Of a stretch of 64,000 nt of DNA, positions 8,721 to 18,274 are shown in pieces. Position numbers and translations under genes: made by a program. How positions within the stretch are numbered: position 1 is the first letter of the stretch; every line of letters begins with the position of its first letter. The notes under the pieces were generated by a model. That model did no database searches. It was not told the DNA's origin and saw only the letters and a list, made by a program, of their open reading frames with translations. The DNA comes from a bacterium (GTDB lineage Bacteria > UBA8248): assembly GCA_963692865.2 (NCBI GenBank), contig OY843592.1, positions 1,824,001 through 1,888,000 on the forward strand, read 5' to 3'.

Positions 8721-10709
8721 ATGAAGATCACCGGAAACAGAATCTTTTCATTCATGCTGGCGGCGGCCTTCGCGCTGACGCTGGCGGGCTGCGGCGGAGG
8801 CGGCGGCGGGACGCCGGCGGCAGCGAAGTGTCCTGACGGTCAGGTCGGGACGCCCCCGAACTGCACGACCCCGCCGCCGAAGGCGACGGACGACGAGAAG
8901 TTCGCCGCGCGGGCGGCGAGAGACAGAGCCGAGACCGCCAGGATGGACGCGATGGCCGCGATGGGCGGCGACGACGGCTCGGTCGCCATGACCGCAGCGG
9001 CCGCGACGGCGGCGGCCGGTTCCGCGAGCGCCGCGGCCGATTCCGCGAGCATGGCCATGGCCGGGCGGACGGACTACGCGAACGCCAAGAAGGCGAGCGA
9101 TGAAGCCGCCGGCGAGAACACGAAGGCCGCGACCGCGAAGACGGCGGCCGACGGCGCGCAGACCGCTCTGGATGATGCCGTCACGGTCTATAACGCGGCG
9201 GTGGACGGTCAGGACATCGAGACGAAGGCCGGCGCGCTCGCCATCAAGGCGGCCGCCGACACGCTCAGGGCCGCCGCCATGAAGGCGCAGGCGGACGCCG
9301 CGAAGGCGCAGGCGGACGCGGAAGCGGCGAGAGACGCGGCGAAGTCCGATGCGGCCGATGCGGCGAAGTACGCCGCCATGCACGTCCTGGGCTTGCTCAA
9401 GGCGGCGAACCCGGCGGACGATCCCGACACCGACGGTGATAACCAGAACGAAAACGCCAACCGCGTGAAGGCCGTGACGGCCTCCATGACCTCGGCGGCA
9501 GGCGCAACCCCGGGTGATGGAAACCAGAGAGAAGGTGGAAGCAATATTACGGTCACCATTTCGTATAACCGTTCAGCGGCGGAAGATGACGAAGACACGA
9601 AGGACGTGGATGAGTCCGCCCCGGTATATGCCTTCGCGGTTACAGGTCCCGTGGAAATTACGAACGACGAGTTCACAGCCGATACCCCCACCGCCAAAAA
9701 GAAAGATCTGATGGACCTGGGCGGGTTCAAGGGTTTCGAGTTGGAGAAGACCACTGGCGGCAGCACCACTTATGTCCACGCCTACACGGACATCACAGCG
9801 CAAAAGATACATACGACGCCGGTTGTGAAGACACAGGGCCCAGATGTTGGCAACCCTGCAAGTACCCAAGCCGACGCCACCGCGCCCTCCGGTTGGAGTC
9901 CCGGCAAAGGCGAAGCCCATTCCTTCATGGGAAAGTATGACCATGATAATGACACTGCAACTAAATCGCTTTCGGGCGTGTTCATCTGTACCGGAGACAT
10001 CTGTGGCCCCACATATACGATAACGGCCGGGAAATTCACGACGCTTCCCCCTGGCTACCTCTTCAGGCCCGATCCGGTGACGACGGGCGGGGAGCCCACG
10101 CTGGACAGCGATTTCACTCAAGATGGAGACCAATTCGATCGCGACGGCGATTTCCTGACCTTCGGCGTCTGGCTGCAAGTTCCGGACACGACTGGCGCTA
10201 GCAACACCCCTGATAGTATATCGAGCGGCGTGTTCGCGAGCGGCAACGACCCGTACACGGTGACTGTGGCCCGTACGGGCACGGCGTCGTATAGCGGCCC
10301 GGCCGTGGGCGTCAAGTCGATGGGCGGCGCCGTGAGCCACGTGGACGGCACCGCCAGCCTGGATGTGAATTTCGGCACGAAACCCGAGGAGGGCGATGAC
10401 ACTTCCATGGGAACCATCGAAGGGACGGTCAGCTTGGGCGCGGACACGATCAGGCTCATCAGAAGCAACATCGATGCTGACGGCGGCGGTTTCAATGGAA
10501 ATACGTCGATGGGACCGATAAACGACACAACCGCCGCGTATAAGTACAACGGCAAGTTCGGCGGCAGGTTCTATGGTCCGGACACGGATTCCGATGGAGA
10601 CGCCATCGAGCCCGGCTCCGCCGCGGGCACCTTCGGCGTAACCGGCGGTAAGGACGACGACGCCATGAGCATCATCGGCGCGTTCGGCGCGCACAACACG
10701 CAGCAGTAG
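8721..10709 (+). CDS. surface lipoprotein with Ala-rich stalk and C-terminal TbpB-like beta-barrel
   Basis: Lipobox LAGC followed by a Gly linker; AGGAGG RBS; C-terminal GTASYSGPAVG...GKFGGRFYGP...AGTFG...GAFGA, typical of TbpB/Slam-substrate barrels. Confidence 0.8.
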   Translation: MKITGNRIFSFMLAAAFALTLAGCGGGGGGTPAAAKCPDGQVGTPPNCTTPPPKATDDEKFAARAARDRAETARMDAMAAMGGDDGSVAMTAAAATAAAGSASAAADSASMAMAGRTDYANAKKASDEAAGENTKAATAKTAADGAQTALDDAVTVYNAAVDGQDIETKAGALAIKAAADTLRAAAMKAQADAAKAQADAEAARDAAKSDAADAAKYAAMHVLGLLKAANPADDPDTDGDNQNENANRVKAVTASMTSAAGATPGDGNQREGGSNITVTISYNRSAAEDDEDTKDVDESAPVYAFAVTGPVEITNDEFTADTPTAKKKDLMDLGGFKGFELEKTTGGSTTYVHAYTDITAQKIHTTPVVKTQGPDVGNPASTQADATAPSGWSPGKGEAHSFMGKYDHDNDTATKSLSGVFICTGDICGPTYTITAGKFTTLPPGYLFRPDPVTTGGEPTLDSDFTQDGDQFDRDGDFLTFGVWLQVPDTTGASNTPDSISSGVFASGNDPYTVTVARTGTASYSGPAVGVKSMGGAVSHVDGTASLDVNFGTKPEEGDDTSMGTIEGTVSLGADTIRLIRSNIDADGGGFNGNTSMGPINDTTAAYKYNGKFGGRFYGPDTDSDGDAIEPGSAAGTFGVTGGKDDDAMSIIGAFGAHNTQQ

Positions 10710-10911
10710 AACGAGTAACGACGCCTTCCGGCTTCGGGGCCTTTGCAAGATGGCCCCGGGGCCGGGGCGGATGCATGAAGGATGAAGGATGGAAGACGTA
10801 GGAAAGCGGGAAAGACGCGCTCCGGCGCCCGCGGGCGGCTGAAGGACGGAAAGAGAAGCGGATTACCGGCGAGAGAGAGTGAAGCGCCGGGGGAGCGGGG
10901 CGCGAGGGAAG

Positions 10912-11024
10912 AACCGGGGGTTACTCATTGGTTGCTCTACATCGTCGAGAGCAAAAGGTACCGGCCCATGCGACAGAGTTTGAGTCCTCTTCGGCGTGGC
11001 AAGGGAGCAATGAGTAACCCCCAC
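10912..11024 (-). ncRNA. candidate small structured RNA, copy 2
   Basis: Promoter TTGCCA-N17-TATAGA (11058-11030); perfect 15-bp closing stem 11022-11008/10930-10916; AGAG-GACTCAAA-CTCT hairpin. Confidence 0.6.
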
Positions 11025-11109
11025 CGCTCTCTATACGCGCATTCCCCGGGTTTGGCAACCCCCCGAGCGGCGTGACCGCCCCGGCGCGGCAAGGGGACGG
11101 AAAAAGGCC

Positions 11110-11495
11110 GCCGCTCAGGATCGCGCCGTAGGTCGGACATATATGTCCGACATACCATGCGACCCGGCCTTTCCGCCCCTCCGCAACGGGCCGCATGATA
11201 TGCGGCCCCTACAAACAAATTGTCTCTCTCCGGCTTTTTCAACCCCCCCCTCCCCGGGGAAGTCCGCCGCTCAGGATCGCGCCGTAGGTCGGACATATAT
11301 GTCCGACATATCATGCGACCCGTTGCGGAGAGGGGCGGCGAACAATCACTCCCCCTCAAGGGGTTGTTGAAAAACCTGGCCCTCTCGGATCAACCACGTT
11401 TTACCCGCAGGTCGGACATATATGTCCAACATATCATGCGACCCGTATTGTGAAGGCGAAAAAGCCGGGCCGCATGATATGCGGCCCCTACAATA
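11110..11495. repeat. REP/MITE mosaic
   Basis: Three GGTCGGACATATATGTCC units plus terminal TTGAAAAA motifs. Confidence 0.85.
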
Positions 11496-11554
11496 GAAAC
11501 GACAATGACGGCGGTGGTCAATCCGAGCGAGGAGGGGGGGGCGCGGCGTCCGGC

Positions 11555-12130
11555 TCACTTCAAGTCCGCGAACGGACCCGGGTCCGCCTCCAGCCCCAGG
11601 TAGTTCGCGCGGATGTGGTTCCACAGGGCGAGCTTCGTCCAGTCGGCGGTTTCGAGCACGCGGTAGTTCCGGTCGAAGAACGGGTTGGGGAGGTGGAAGG
11701 TCGTCATCTGCTCGCCGCGCCCGTTCAGGAGCGCCATCGAATAGCTCACCGGCGCGTGGCCCGCGACGGGCGGGTTCTGGTAAATCCTGAGCAGGGTCGC
11801 CCGCGCGCACCTTCTCCACCGCGCAAGCTCCGGCGGGCAGGTACGCCGCTCGTCGCCCCGGTGCTCGCCGATGCACAGGTGGAAGTGCCAGTCGCCGAGA
11901 TCGACCGTGAGGTAGCCGTCGAGGTAGCCGATCCGGCGGGGCGGGTCTTTCATGCGGTATTCGAACACGGCCCCCTGGATGCAGTGCCCGAAGACGATCG
12001 ACTCGTAGTGGTTATCGAGGAGGTCGCGGAGGAGGGTCTCGAGGAGTTCGCGTCCGGGCCGGAACTCCCAGACGGAATGGAGGCTGCCGTCGGGGCCGGT
12101 TTCTTCGCGGTATTGCGCGTCCGTCTTCAT
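11555..12130 (-). CDS. conserved hypothetical protein at the end of the B12 uptake operon
   Basis: AAGGAG RBS; globular-looking sequence with a WHFHLCIGEH motif. Confidence 0.7.
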   Translation of the reverse strand: MKTDAQYREETGPDGSLHSVWEFRPGRELLETLLRDLLDNHYESIVFGHCIQGAVFEYRMKDPPRRIGYLDGYLTVDLGDWHFHLCIGEHRGDERRTCPPELARWRRCARATLLRIYQNPPVAGHAPVSYSMALLNGRGEQMTTFHLPNPFFDRNYRVLETADWTKLALWNHIRANYLGLEADPGPFADLK

Positions 12131-12165
12131 GCGGGACTCCTTGTGCGAGGCGCGCCGCTCTTGGG

Positions 12166-12576
12166 CTAATCGGTCGTTCGCGTGAGAGTATAGCGTATGG
12201 TGAGGACGAGCGTCTTATCGAGCCGGGGCAGGGGCGCCGCTTTCCGCACCGCATCGAGCGTGGCGGCGTCCAGGTGGGCGTTGCCCGAGGTCTTCTTGAT
12301 CCGCAAACCCGCAAGCCGCCCGTCCGGCAGCACCCGGAAGCTCACCGTGGCCGCGCCCTCCGCCCCCGATTCGCGCGCGAGCGCGGGATAATGCCGGTGG
12401 CGCCTGATGCGAGCGAGGATCGCCTGAAGCCGGGCGTCGGCGTCCATCCGGGCCCGGCGCTTCCTGAAGGTGAAGGAGGGCGCATCCACGGTCGTCTCTA
12501 TCTCCTGGGCGGGCAGCGGCGCGGGGGCGGAGAGCAGGAACAGCGCGAGCGCGATGAGAATGACGGCCGCTCTCAT
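12166..12576 (-). CDS. tonB: TonB-family energy transducer (short)
   Basis: N-terminal TM; YPALARESGAEG...V.F.V..DG...SSG-like...LDAA...AVR.AAP TonB C-domain. Confidence 0.8.
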   Translation of the reverse strand: MRAAVILIALALFLLSAPAPLPAQEIETTVDAPSFTFRKRRARMDADARLQAILARIRRHRHYPALARESGAEGAATVSFRVLPDGRLAGLRIKKTSGNAHLDAATLDAVRKAAPLPRLDKTLVLTIRYTLTRTTD

Positions 12577-13358
12577 CCCTTCTCCTCCGGCGCGCGCATG
12601 ACGAAGAACCGCTCCTCCCCGCCGTTTACCGCGATGATCTCGGCGCGCACCTCGAACGCCTTCTCGATGAGCCGGGGCGTCAGGACGCTCCCGGCGTCTC
12701 CCTGGGCGAGTATCTCTCCCCGGTGGAGCAGGAGCAGTTCGTCGCAGAAGCGGCCCGCGAGGTTCAAGTCGTGAACCGAGACCACCACGGCGCGGCCCTC
12801 GCGCGCCTGCGCGCGCAGGATGGCGAGGATGTCGAGGCAGTGCCTCGCGTCCAGGTTCGCGAAGGGCTCGTCCAGCAGCAGGACGGGCGTTTGCGCGGCG
12901 AGCGTCCTCGCGATCAGGACGCGCTGCAGCTCACCGCCCGAGAGTTCGTTGATCGCGCGGTTCGCCAAGTCTCCCGCGTCCACGCCGCGAAGGGCGGCGT
13001 CCACCGCCGCGCGGTCGGCGTCGTTCTCGGGGGCGAGCCTGCCCTGGCGGGGGTATCTCCCCATCATCACCGTCTCCTCGACCCGGAAGGGAAAGGCGGG
13101 TTCGTGCTTCTGGGCGAGATAGCCCACGCGGCGCGCGGTTTCCCGCCTGTCGAACGAATCGATGGATTCGCCGTTGAGCGTAATGCGCCCGCTCTTCAGG
13201 GGCGCGAGACCCGCCAGCGCGCGCAGGAGCGTCGTCTTGCCCGCGCCGTTCGCGCCGATGACGCCCGTGAGCGCGCCGGGCCCGAATTCGGCCGATACGC
13301 CCCGGAGCGCCTCTCTCTCGCCGAGTTCGACGGTAACGTTCTCCGCTCTTATCCGCAT
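12573..13358 (-). CDS. btuD: cobalamin/iron-chelate ABC transporter ATPase
   Basis: GANGAGKTT, LSGGE, LLLDEP, HDLNLA; TGATG coupling to the permease. Confidence 0.85.
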   Translation of the reverse strand: MRIRAENVTVELGEREALRGVSAEFGPGALTGVIGANGAGKTTLLRALAGLAPLKSGRITLNGESIDSFDRRETARRVGYLAQKHEPAFPFRVEETVMMGRYPRQGRLAPENDADRAAVDAALRGVDAGDLANRAINELSGGELQRVLIARTLAAQTPVLLLDEPFANLDARHCLDILAILRAQAREGRAVVVSVHDLNLAGRFCDELLLLHRGEILAQGDAGSVLTPRLIEKAFEVRAEIIAVNGGEERFFVMRAPEEKG

Positions 13359-14392
13359 CAGAAGGTCTCCGCGCGCGCGCGGTTCTTGACGATGAGATAC
13401 AGGAAAAACGGCCCGCCGATGCCCGCGGAGAGGACGCCCAGGCGTATCTCGCCCGCCGGCGCGAGCGTTCGCGCGAGCAGGTCCATCCCCATCACGAAAA
13501 CCGCGCCCGCCGCCACGCTCAAGTACAGGAGTCTCCTGTGGTCCGGCCCGGCCAGCATCCGCACGATGTGGGGGACGAGCAGGCCCACGAAGCCGACCAC
13601 GCCCGCCACGGCCACGGACGCTCCCGCCGCCGCCGCCGCGACCACGAGTATCCACGCCTTCGTCCGCTTCGTGTTCACGCCGAGCGCCATGGCGGCTTCT
13701 TCTCCCGACATCATGAGGTTCAGTTCGCGCCCGAAGAACGCGGCGGCGATTCCCGAGGCGGCGAAAAACGGCGCGATGAGGATCACGTGCTCCCAGGTGC
13801 GGTTCGCGAGGCTCCCCATGAGCCAGAAGAGAATCTGGCGGGCGATCTCGAAATCGCTCACGCTGTAGCTGAGCACGAGCGTCGTTAGCGCGCCCGCAAT
13901 GGAGTTCATCGCCATGCCGCACAGGATGAGCGCGCCCAGGGGCGTGTGGCCCTTGTGGGAGGCGACGAGCGAGACGAGCAGCGCCGTCGCGAGCGCGCCC
14001 GCGAAGGCGCTCAGGGGAACGGCCCAGACCGATGCGGCGCCGAGTCCCAGCGCGATGGCGCTCGTCGCCCCCAGCGCGCCGCCCGTGCTGACGCCTACGA
14101 CGACGGGGCTCGCCATCGGGTTTCGGAAAAGACCCTGGAGCATGGCGCCCGAGAGCGCCAGCGACGCGCCCACGAACGCGCCCGTGAGCGTGCGCGGGAG
14201 GCGGATGTGCCAGACGATGGCGCGCTCGTGCGCGGAGACGCCCGCCGCCTCTTCGGAGATAAAACCCAGTTCGCTCAGGATGACGTTAAGGATTTTGTCC
14301 GCGCCGATATCCGCCACGCCCAGGCGGACGCTGAGCGCGGCGAGGAGGAGAGCGAGGGCGATCAGCGCGGCCGCCGGGGCGTGCTTTTTCAT
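13358..14392 (-). CDS. btuC: FecCD/BtuC ABC permease
   Basis: IRLPR, QGLFRNPMA, GFVGLLVPH motifs. Confidence 0.85.
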   Translation of the reverse strand: MKKHAPAAALIALALLLAALSVRLGVADIGADKILNVILSELGFISEEAAGVSAHERAIVWHIRLPRTLTGAFVGASLALSGAMLQGLFRNPMASPVVVGVSTGGALGATSAIALGLGAASVWAVPLSAFAGALATALLVSLVASHKGHTPLGALILCGMAMNSIAGALTTLVLSYSVSDFEIARQILFWLMGSLANRTWEHVILIAPFFAASGIAAAFFGRELNLMMSGEEAAMALGVNTKRTKAWILVVAAAAAGASVAVAGVVGFVGLLVPHIVRMLAGPDHRRLLYLSVAAGAVFVMGMDLLARTLAPAGEIRLGVLSAGIGGPFFLYLIVKNRARAETF

Positions 14393-15255
14393 GGATAAAG
14401 CCCCCGCACCAGGTCGTCCAGCCCGTCTACGATGTACTGGGACACGCTCGAAAAACGCGGGTAGGGGATCTCGACGATCTTCTTCTCCCGCAGGGGGGCG
14501 TAGACCGCATTCGTAAGGATGACGTCCTTCATCCCCGCGCCCGATTCGGGATTCGCCCCCACCATGATGACGTCGGGGTTCCATGAGACGATCCGCTCCG
14601 CGGACACCCTGCGCGCTCCCTGAATCCCTCGTTCGGCGGCCACGTTCTCCCCGCCCGCGAGGCGGATGAGCGCGTCGTGCGAGGTGCCCGCGCCCGTCAC
14701 CCAGCCGTCTCTCACCAGCGTGAGGATGCGCGGGGGTTTCATACGGGGCGGAATGCGCGAGCGTATGGCGTGAATCCTCTCTCTCGCATTTTTTATGAGT
14801 CTCTCCGCTTTTTCTTCTTCTCCAATCAGGCGGCCCATCTTCTCGATGCTTTTGAAAACGTCCGCAACGCCGCTGAAGGCGGAGAATTTGGAGACGGGAA
14901 CTTTGGCGGCGCGCAGGTGGTTCAGGAACGCGGCGCTGGAGTATGAGGCGACGAACACCACCTCCGGCTTCAGGGCGATGATGCGCTCGGGCGCGCCGTC
15001 GATGAGGGGGATGCCGCGCGCTTGCCCGGCGACGTTGGAATAGCCCGGATGTCCGGCCAGCTTGTGCAGGCCGACGATTCTTTCTCTCGGGGCGAGCGCC
15101 AGGAGCATCTCGGCGGTGGCGAGCGTCATGGCGATCAGGCGCGCGGGCTTCCCGGCGGCGCGGGCGGGCGCGGCGCCGCCCGGAGTCGGGGAGAGAGCAG
15201 CTCCCATGAGAGCCGCCGCCAGGAAGAAAATCTTGAGCTTACCGCATACTCGCAT
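14389..15255 (-). CDS. btuF: periplasmic cobalamin-binding protein
   Basis: Signal peptide; ERIIALKPEVV and E.IVSWNPDVI class III binding-protein motifs. Confidence 0.8.
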   Translation of the reverse strand: MRVCGKLKIFFLAAALMGAALSPTPGGAAPARAAGKPARLIAMTLATAEMLLALAPRERIVGLHKLAGHPGYSNVAGQARGIPLIDGAPERIIALKPEVVFVASYSSAAFLNHLRAAKVPVSKFSAFSGVADVFKSIEKMGRLIGEEEKAERLIKNARERIHAIRSRIPPRMKPPRILTLVRDGWVTGAGTSHDALIRLAGGENVAAERGIQGARRVSAERIVSWNPDVIMVGANPESGAGMKDVILTNAVYAPLREKKIVEIPYPRFSSVSQYIVDGLDDLVRGLYP

Positions 15256-15295
15256 CCGCCGCCCTTTGCGAAAAGTCCCGCCTCGCCGCCGTATC

Positions 15296-16222
15296 GTCCT
15301 CACCCTGAGTAGCCGCCGAAGGCGGCGTATCGAAGGGGATGCCCGTTCGTCCCTCGATACGGCGCGCAGGCGCGCCTGCTCGGGATGAGGGGGTTTTTCA
15401 ACAGCCCCTTGAGGGGGTTGTTCAAAAAATCCCACAGAGGGAGCGCGCTGAATTTCACTCCCTCCTTGAGGGGGTTGTTCAAAAAGTCTTCCTCGGCCGG
15501 TCGATTCCTCCCTCATCGGTCGGAACCGACCACCGCCGTCATTCCGGCGCATGCCGGAATCCAGGGACTTTGCCTTTTCGTTTTTGCTCTTCGCCTTTTC
15601 CCACACGAGCAGTCGGAACATGAAAGGCCGAAGCATCTTGATCCTGATCGGCTCTGGATTCCGGCTTTCGCCGGAATGACGAACCCAAACCGCTTCCCTC
15701 CCTTTTCAATCGGGCTCGACTCCCAAGGCCTTCTTCAAAAACCCCTTGCGAGCCGGTCGGGATCTCACCGCAGGGGCCGCATATCATGCGGCCCTGCCTT
15801 GTCGCCTTCACAATACGGGTCGCATGATATGTCGGACATATATGTCCGACCTACAAACAAATTGTCTCTCTCCAGCTTTTTCAACAGCCCCTTGTCAGGA
15901 GGGTATAAAAAGGCGATGCGCCCCCGACGGGCAGAAGTGGCTTTGCTTTTTCTTGCCCCCTGTCGGGGGCTTTCATTTCTTACCCCCCTGTCAAGGGGGG
16001 GTAGGGGGGGGTGGTTTTACCCTCTCAGGGGCTGTTGAAAACGCCTCCAAAGTGGTTGTTACTCCCTCCATTGAGTATTTTCGCCGGAATGACGGCGGTG
16101 GTCGGTTCCGACCGAGCGAGAAGAGGTTTTTCAACAGCCCCGTATGCGACCCCTGCAAAATCAACCCCATTCGCCAAACCCATAGCGTCAAATGCGCTCA
16201 CATTGGACTTTTTCAACAACCC
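15296..16222. repeat. large REP/MITE mosaic inside the btu operon
   Basis: GTCATTCCGGC..GCCGGAATCC / GGATTCCGGCTTTCGCCGGAATGAC pair, GTAG REPs and several TTGAAAAA/TTTTTCAAC ends. Confidence 0.85.
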
Positions 16223-18274
16223 CTAGAAGATCGCCCTTACGCCCGCGAACCACTGCCTTCCCGGCGCGCTGAAGCCGTAAATGGCGTCGTATTCCTCATC
16301 GAGCGCGTTGTTCACCTTGAGCTCCACCGCCAGCTTCTTGAGCCTGGATTTCCTCGTCCTGTCGAACATCGAGACGCCGTCCTTCACGACGTCGAAGGAG
16401 AGCGCCAGGTCCACCCGCGTGAAGCCGGGGTTCACCACCCTCGGGTAGGGCCAGGGTCGGGAGTCGTCGATGTCCCGCCTGTCGCTCACCGTGTTCACCC
16501 TTAAGCTCGCTCGCAGGCGGTCCGGGTGATAGCTGACCGAGGCGCTCCACCACCAGTCCGGGCGCCTCAGGAGCGCTTCTCCCTCCACGTAGTTCGGCGC
16601 GCCGAGGCCTCCGGTTTCGAGCGCGACGGTGTCCATCGCGTTGAAGCTCGCATGGGCCGAGAAGTCGTTGAAATCGATCAGGGATAAAGAAACTTCCGCG
16701 CCCTTGACCCGCGCCTTCTGGATGTTCTCGTAGTTCGTGCCGTTGGCGAATTTATTGAACGAATAGGCGATCAGGTCGTCGATTTCATTCACGTAATACG
16801 TGGCGCTGAATTTGAGTTTTTTGTTCGCCATGAACTGATCGAAACCGATCTCCCGGCTGCGCTGTCTTTCGCTTCTCAGGTTCGGGTTGCCGGGGCCGTA
16901 GACGTCGAGCAACTCGGCGAAGGAAGGCCGCTTGACGCCCTCGCCCACCGCGCCGCGAACCCGCGCGCCGGTTCCGGGGATTTTGTAGGAGGCGGAGAGC
17001 TTGCCGGTCGTCTCGTCCTCGCCTACGTCGAAATCATCCAGCCGCGCACCGCCCGCGAGGGTGAGGCCGCCCCGGAAGCGGAACTGCTGCTGCGCGTATA
17101 TAGAGGTGGCCCGCCTGTCGCTGTCGTATTCGTTCTCGCCCGAGCCGAAGGAATTCTCATAAGCGCTCTTGATGGAGATGTCCTCTGTCTCCCACTCGAC
17201 GCCCAGCGTGGACGTGGAGCGGCGAAGGACGCTTAAGCCGAGTTGTTCCCCGGAGAGCCTCACGTGGACTTGATTGTCGAAATGGAGCCTCGTTCCGCTC
17301 GTGTCCGTTTTGTCGGAGCCGGGGTTGATCGCGTCCGGCTTGTTCTCGAACAGCGTGTCTCTCAGGTACAAGGAGACGCGCGGGACGTATTCGAGCCAGG
17401 AGAAGGGCTTGAGATGCGCCCGCGCGCCGATGAGCTGCTCGGTGTTTCTCCCGTATTTGTTGGGTTCTCGGTAACCCGCATGAGCCGGTCCGGGGATGTC
17501 GTATCGGTTCTGGTTGACGTGGTAGAGAAAGCGAACCTTCGCCTTGTCCGAGAGGAAATGATCCAGCCCCACCGTCCCCACGGTGCGGTAGTAGCCGCCG
17601 TTGGGCAGGTGGCCCTCCGTGTCGAGGCGGCTTAAAGTCGCGGCGTATCCGCTCCTCGCCGTTCCCCCCTTGAGCTTGAACGTCTCCTCGAACGTGTCGC
17701 CGCTGCCTCCCCTCGCGCGGACGGTGAAGGAAGGCGCCTCGCCGGGTTTCCCGACGTCGGGCAGGAAGTTCATGACGCCCGAAGCCGCGTCCGAGCCGTA
17801 AAGGGGGCTTTGGGGTCCCTTGAGGATTTCGGCTGTGTCCACCCACTCAGGGGATAAATGCCCGAAGTCATACGCGCTCCCGTCCGGGAAGGTGAGCTTG
17901 AAGCCGTCGATCATCACGCTGGTGAAGTTGCTCTCGCTCCCCCTCAGGAAGAGGCTCGCCTGCCCGCCCCTGCCGCTCGCCTGCGGGAGGACGACGCCCG
18001 CCCCCTCGCTCAGGAAGTCGAGCATGTCGCCGGGCAGGAGGCTCTCGATTCTATCGGGGCCGAACACCTCCACCGAATCGGCCACGTCGCTCAGCCGCTC
18101 GGGCGTCCGCGTGGCCGTGACGGTGATGGGGTCGAGGTAGAGTTCTTCCTCGGCGCTTTGCGCGACGGCATTGCCTGATGCTCCCAACAGGATGAGCGCC
18201 GCGAGCCATACAGCGGACATGGCCCGTATCAGGCGGATGGATGATCGGGTGGGTTTTCTTGCGATGCCTTGCAT
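16223..18274 (-). CDS. btuB: TonB-dependent cobalamin receptor
   Basis: TonB box DPITVTATR; plug motifs LRGSES and EILKGPQSPLYGSDA; terminal Phe; downstream of cobalamin riboswitches; AAGGAGG RBS. Confidence 0.88.
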   Translation of the reverse strand: MQGIARKPTRSSIRLIRAMSAVWLAALILLGASGNAVAQSAEEELYLDPITVTATRTPERLSDVADSVEVFGPDRIESLLPGDMLDFLSEGAGVVLPQASGRGGQASLFLRGSESNFTSVMIDGFKLTFPDGSAYDFGHLSPEWVDTAEILKGPQSPLYGSDAASGVMNFLPDVGKPGEAPSFTVRARGGSGDTFEETFKLKGGTARSGYAATLSRLDTEGHLPNGGYYRTVGTVGLDHFLSDKAKVRFLYHVNQNRYDIPGPAHAGYREPNKYGRNTEQLIGARAHLKPFSWLEYVPRVSLYLRDTLFENKPDAINPGSDKTDTSGTRLHFDNQVHVRLSGEQLGLSVLRRSTSTLGVEWETEDISIKSAYENSFGSGENEYDSDRRATSIYAQQQFRFRGGLTLAGGARLDDFDVGEDETTGKLSASYKIPGTGARVRGAVGEGVKRPSFAELLDVYGPGNPNLRSERQRSREIGFDQFMANKKLKFSATYYVNEIDDLIAYSFNKFANGTNYENIQKARVKGAEVSLSLIDFNDFSAHASFNAMDTVALETGGLGAPNYVEGEALLRRPDWWWSASVSYHPDRLRASLRVNTVSDRRDIDDSRPWPYPRVVNPGFTRVDLALSFDVVKDGVSMFDRTRKSRLKKLAVELKVNNALDEEYDAIYGFSAPGRQWFAGVRAIF

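Noticed and set aside
6383-11058. Diversity-generating retroelement, retron or shufflon acting on the lipoprotein
   Set aside because: There is no reverse transcriptase or site-specific invertase in the window. The paralog differences are not adenine-specific, and the IS110 looks like an ordinary IS.
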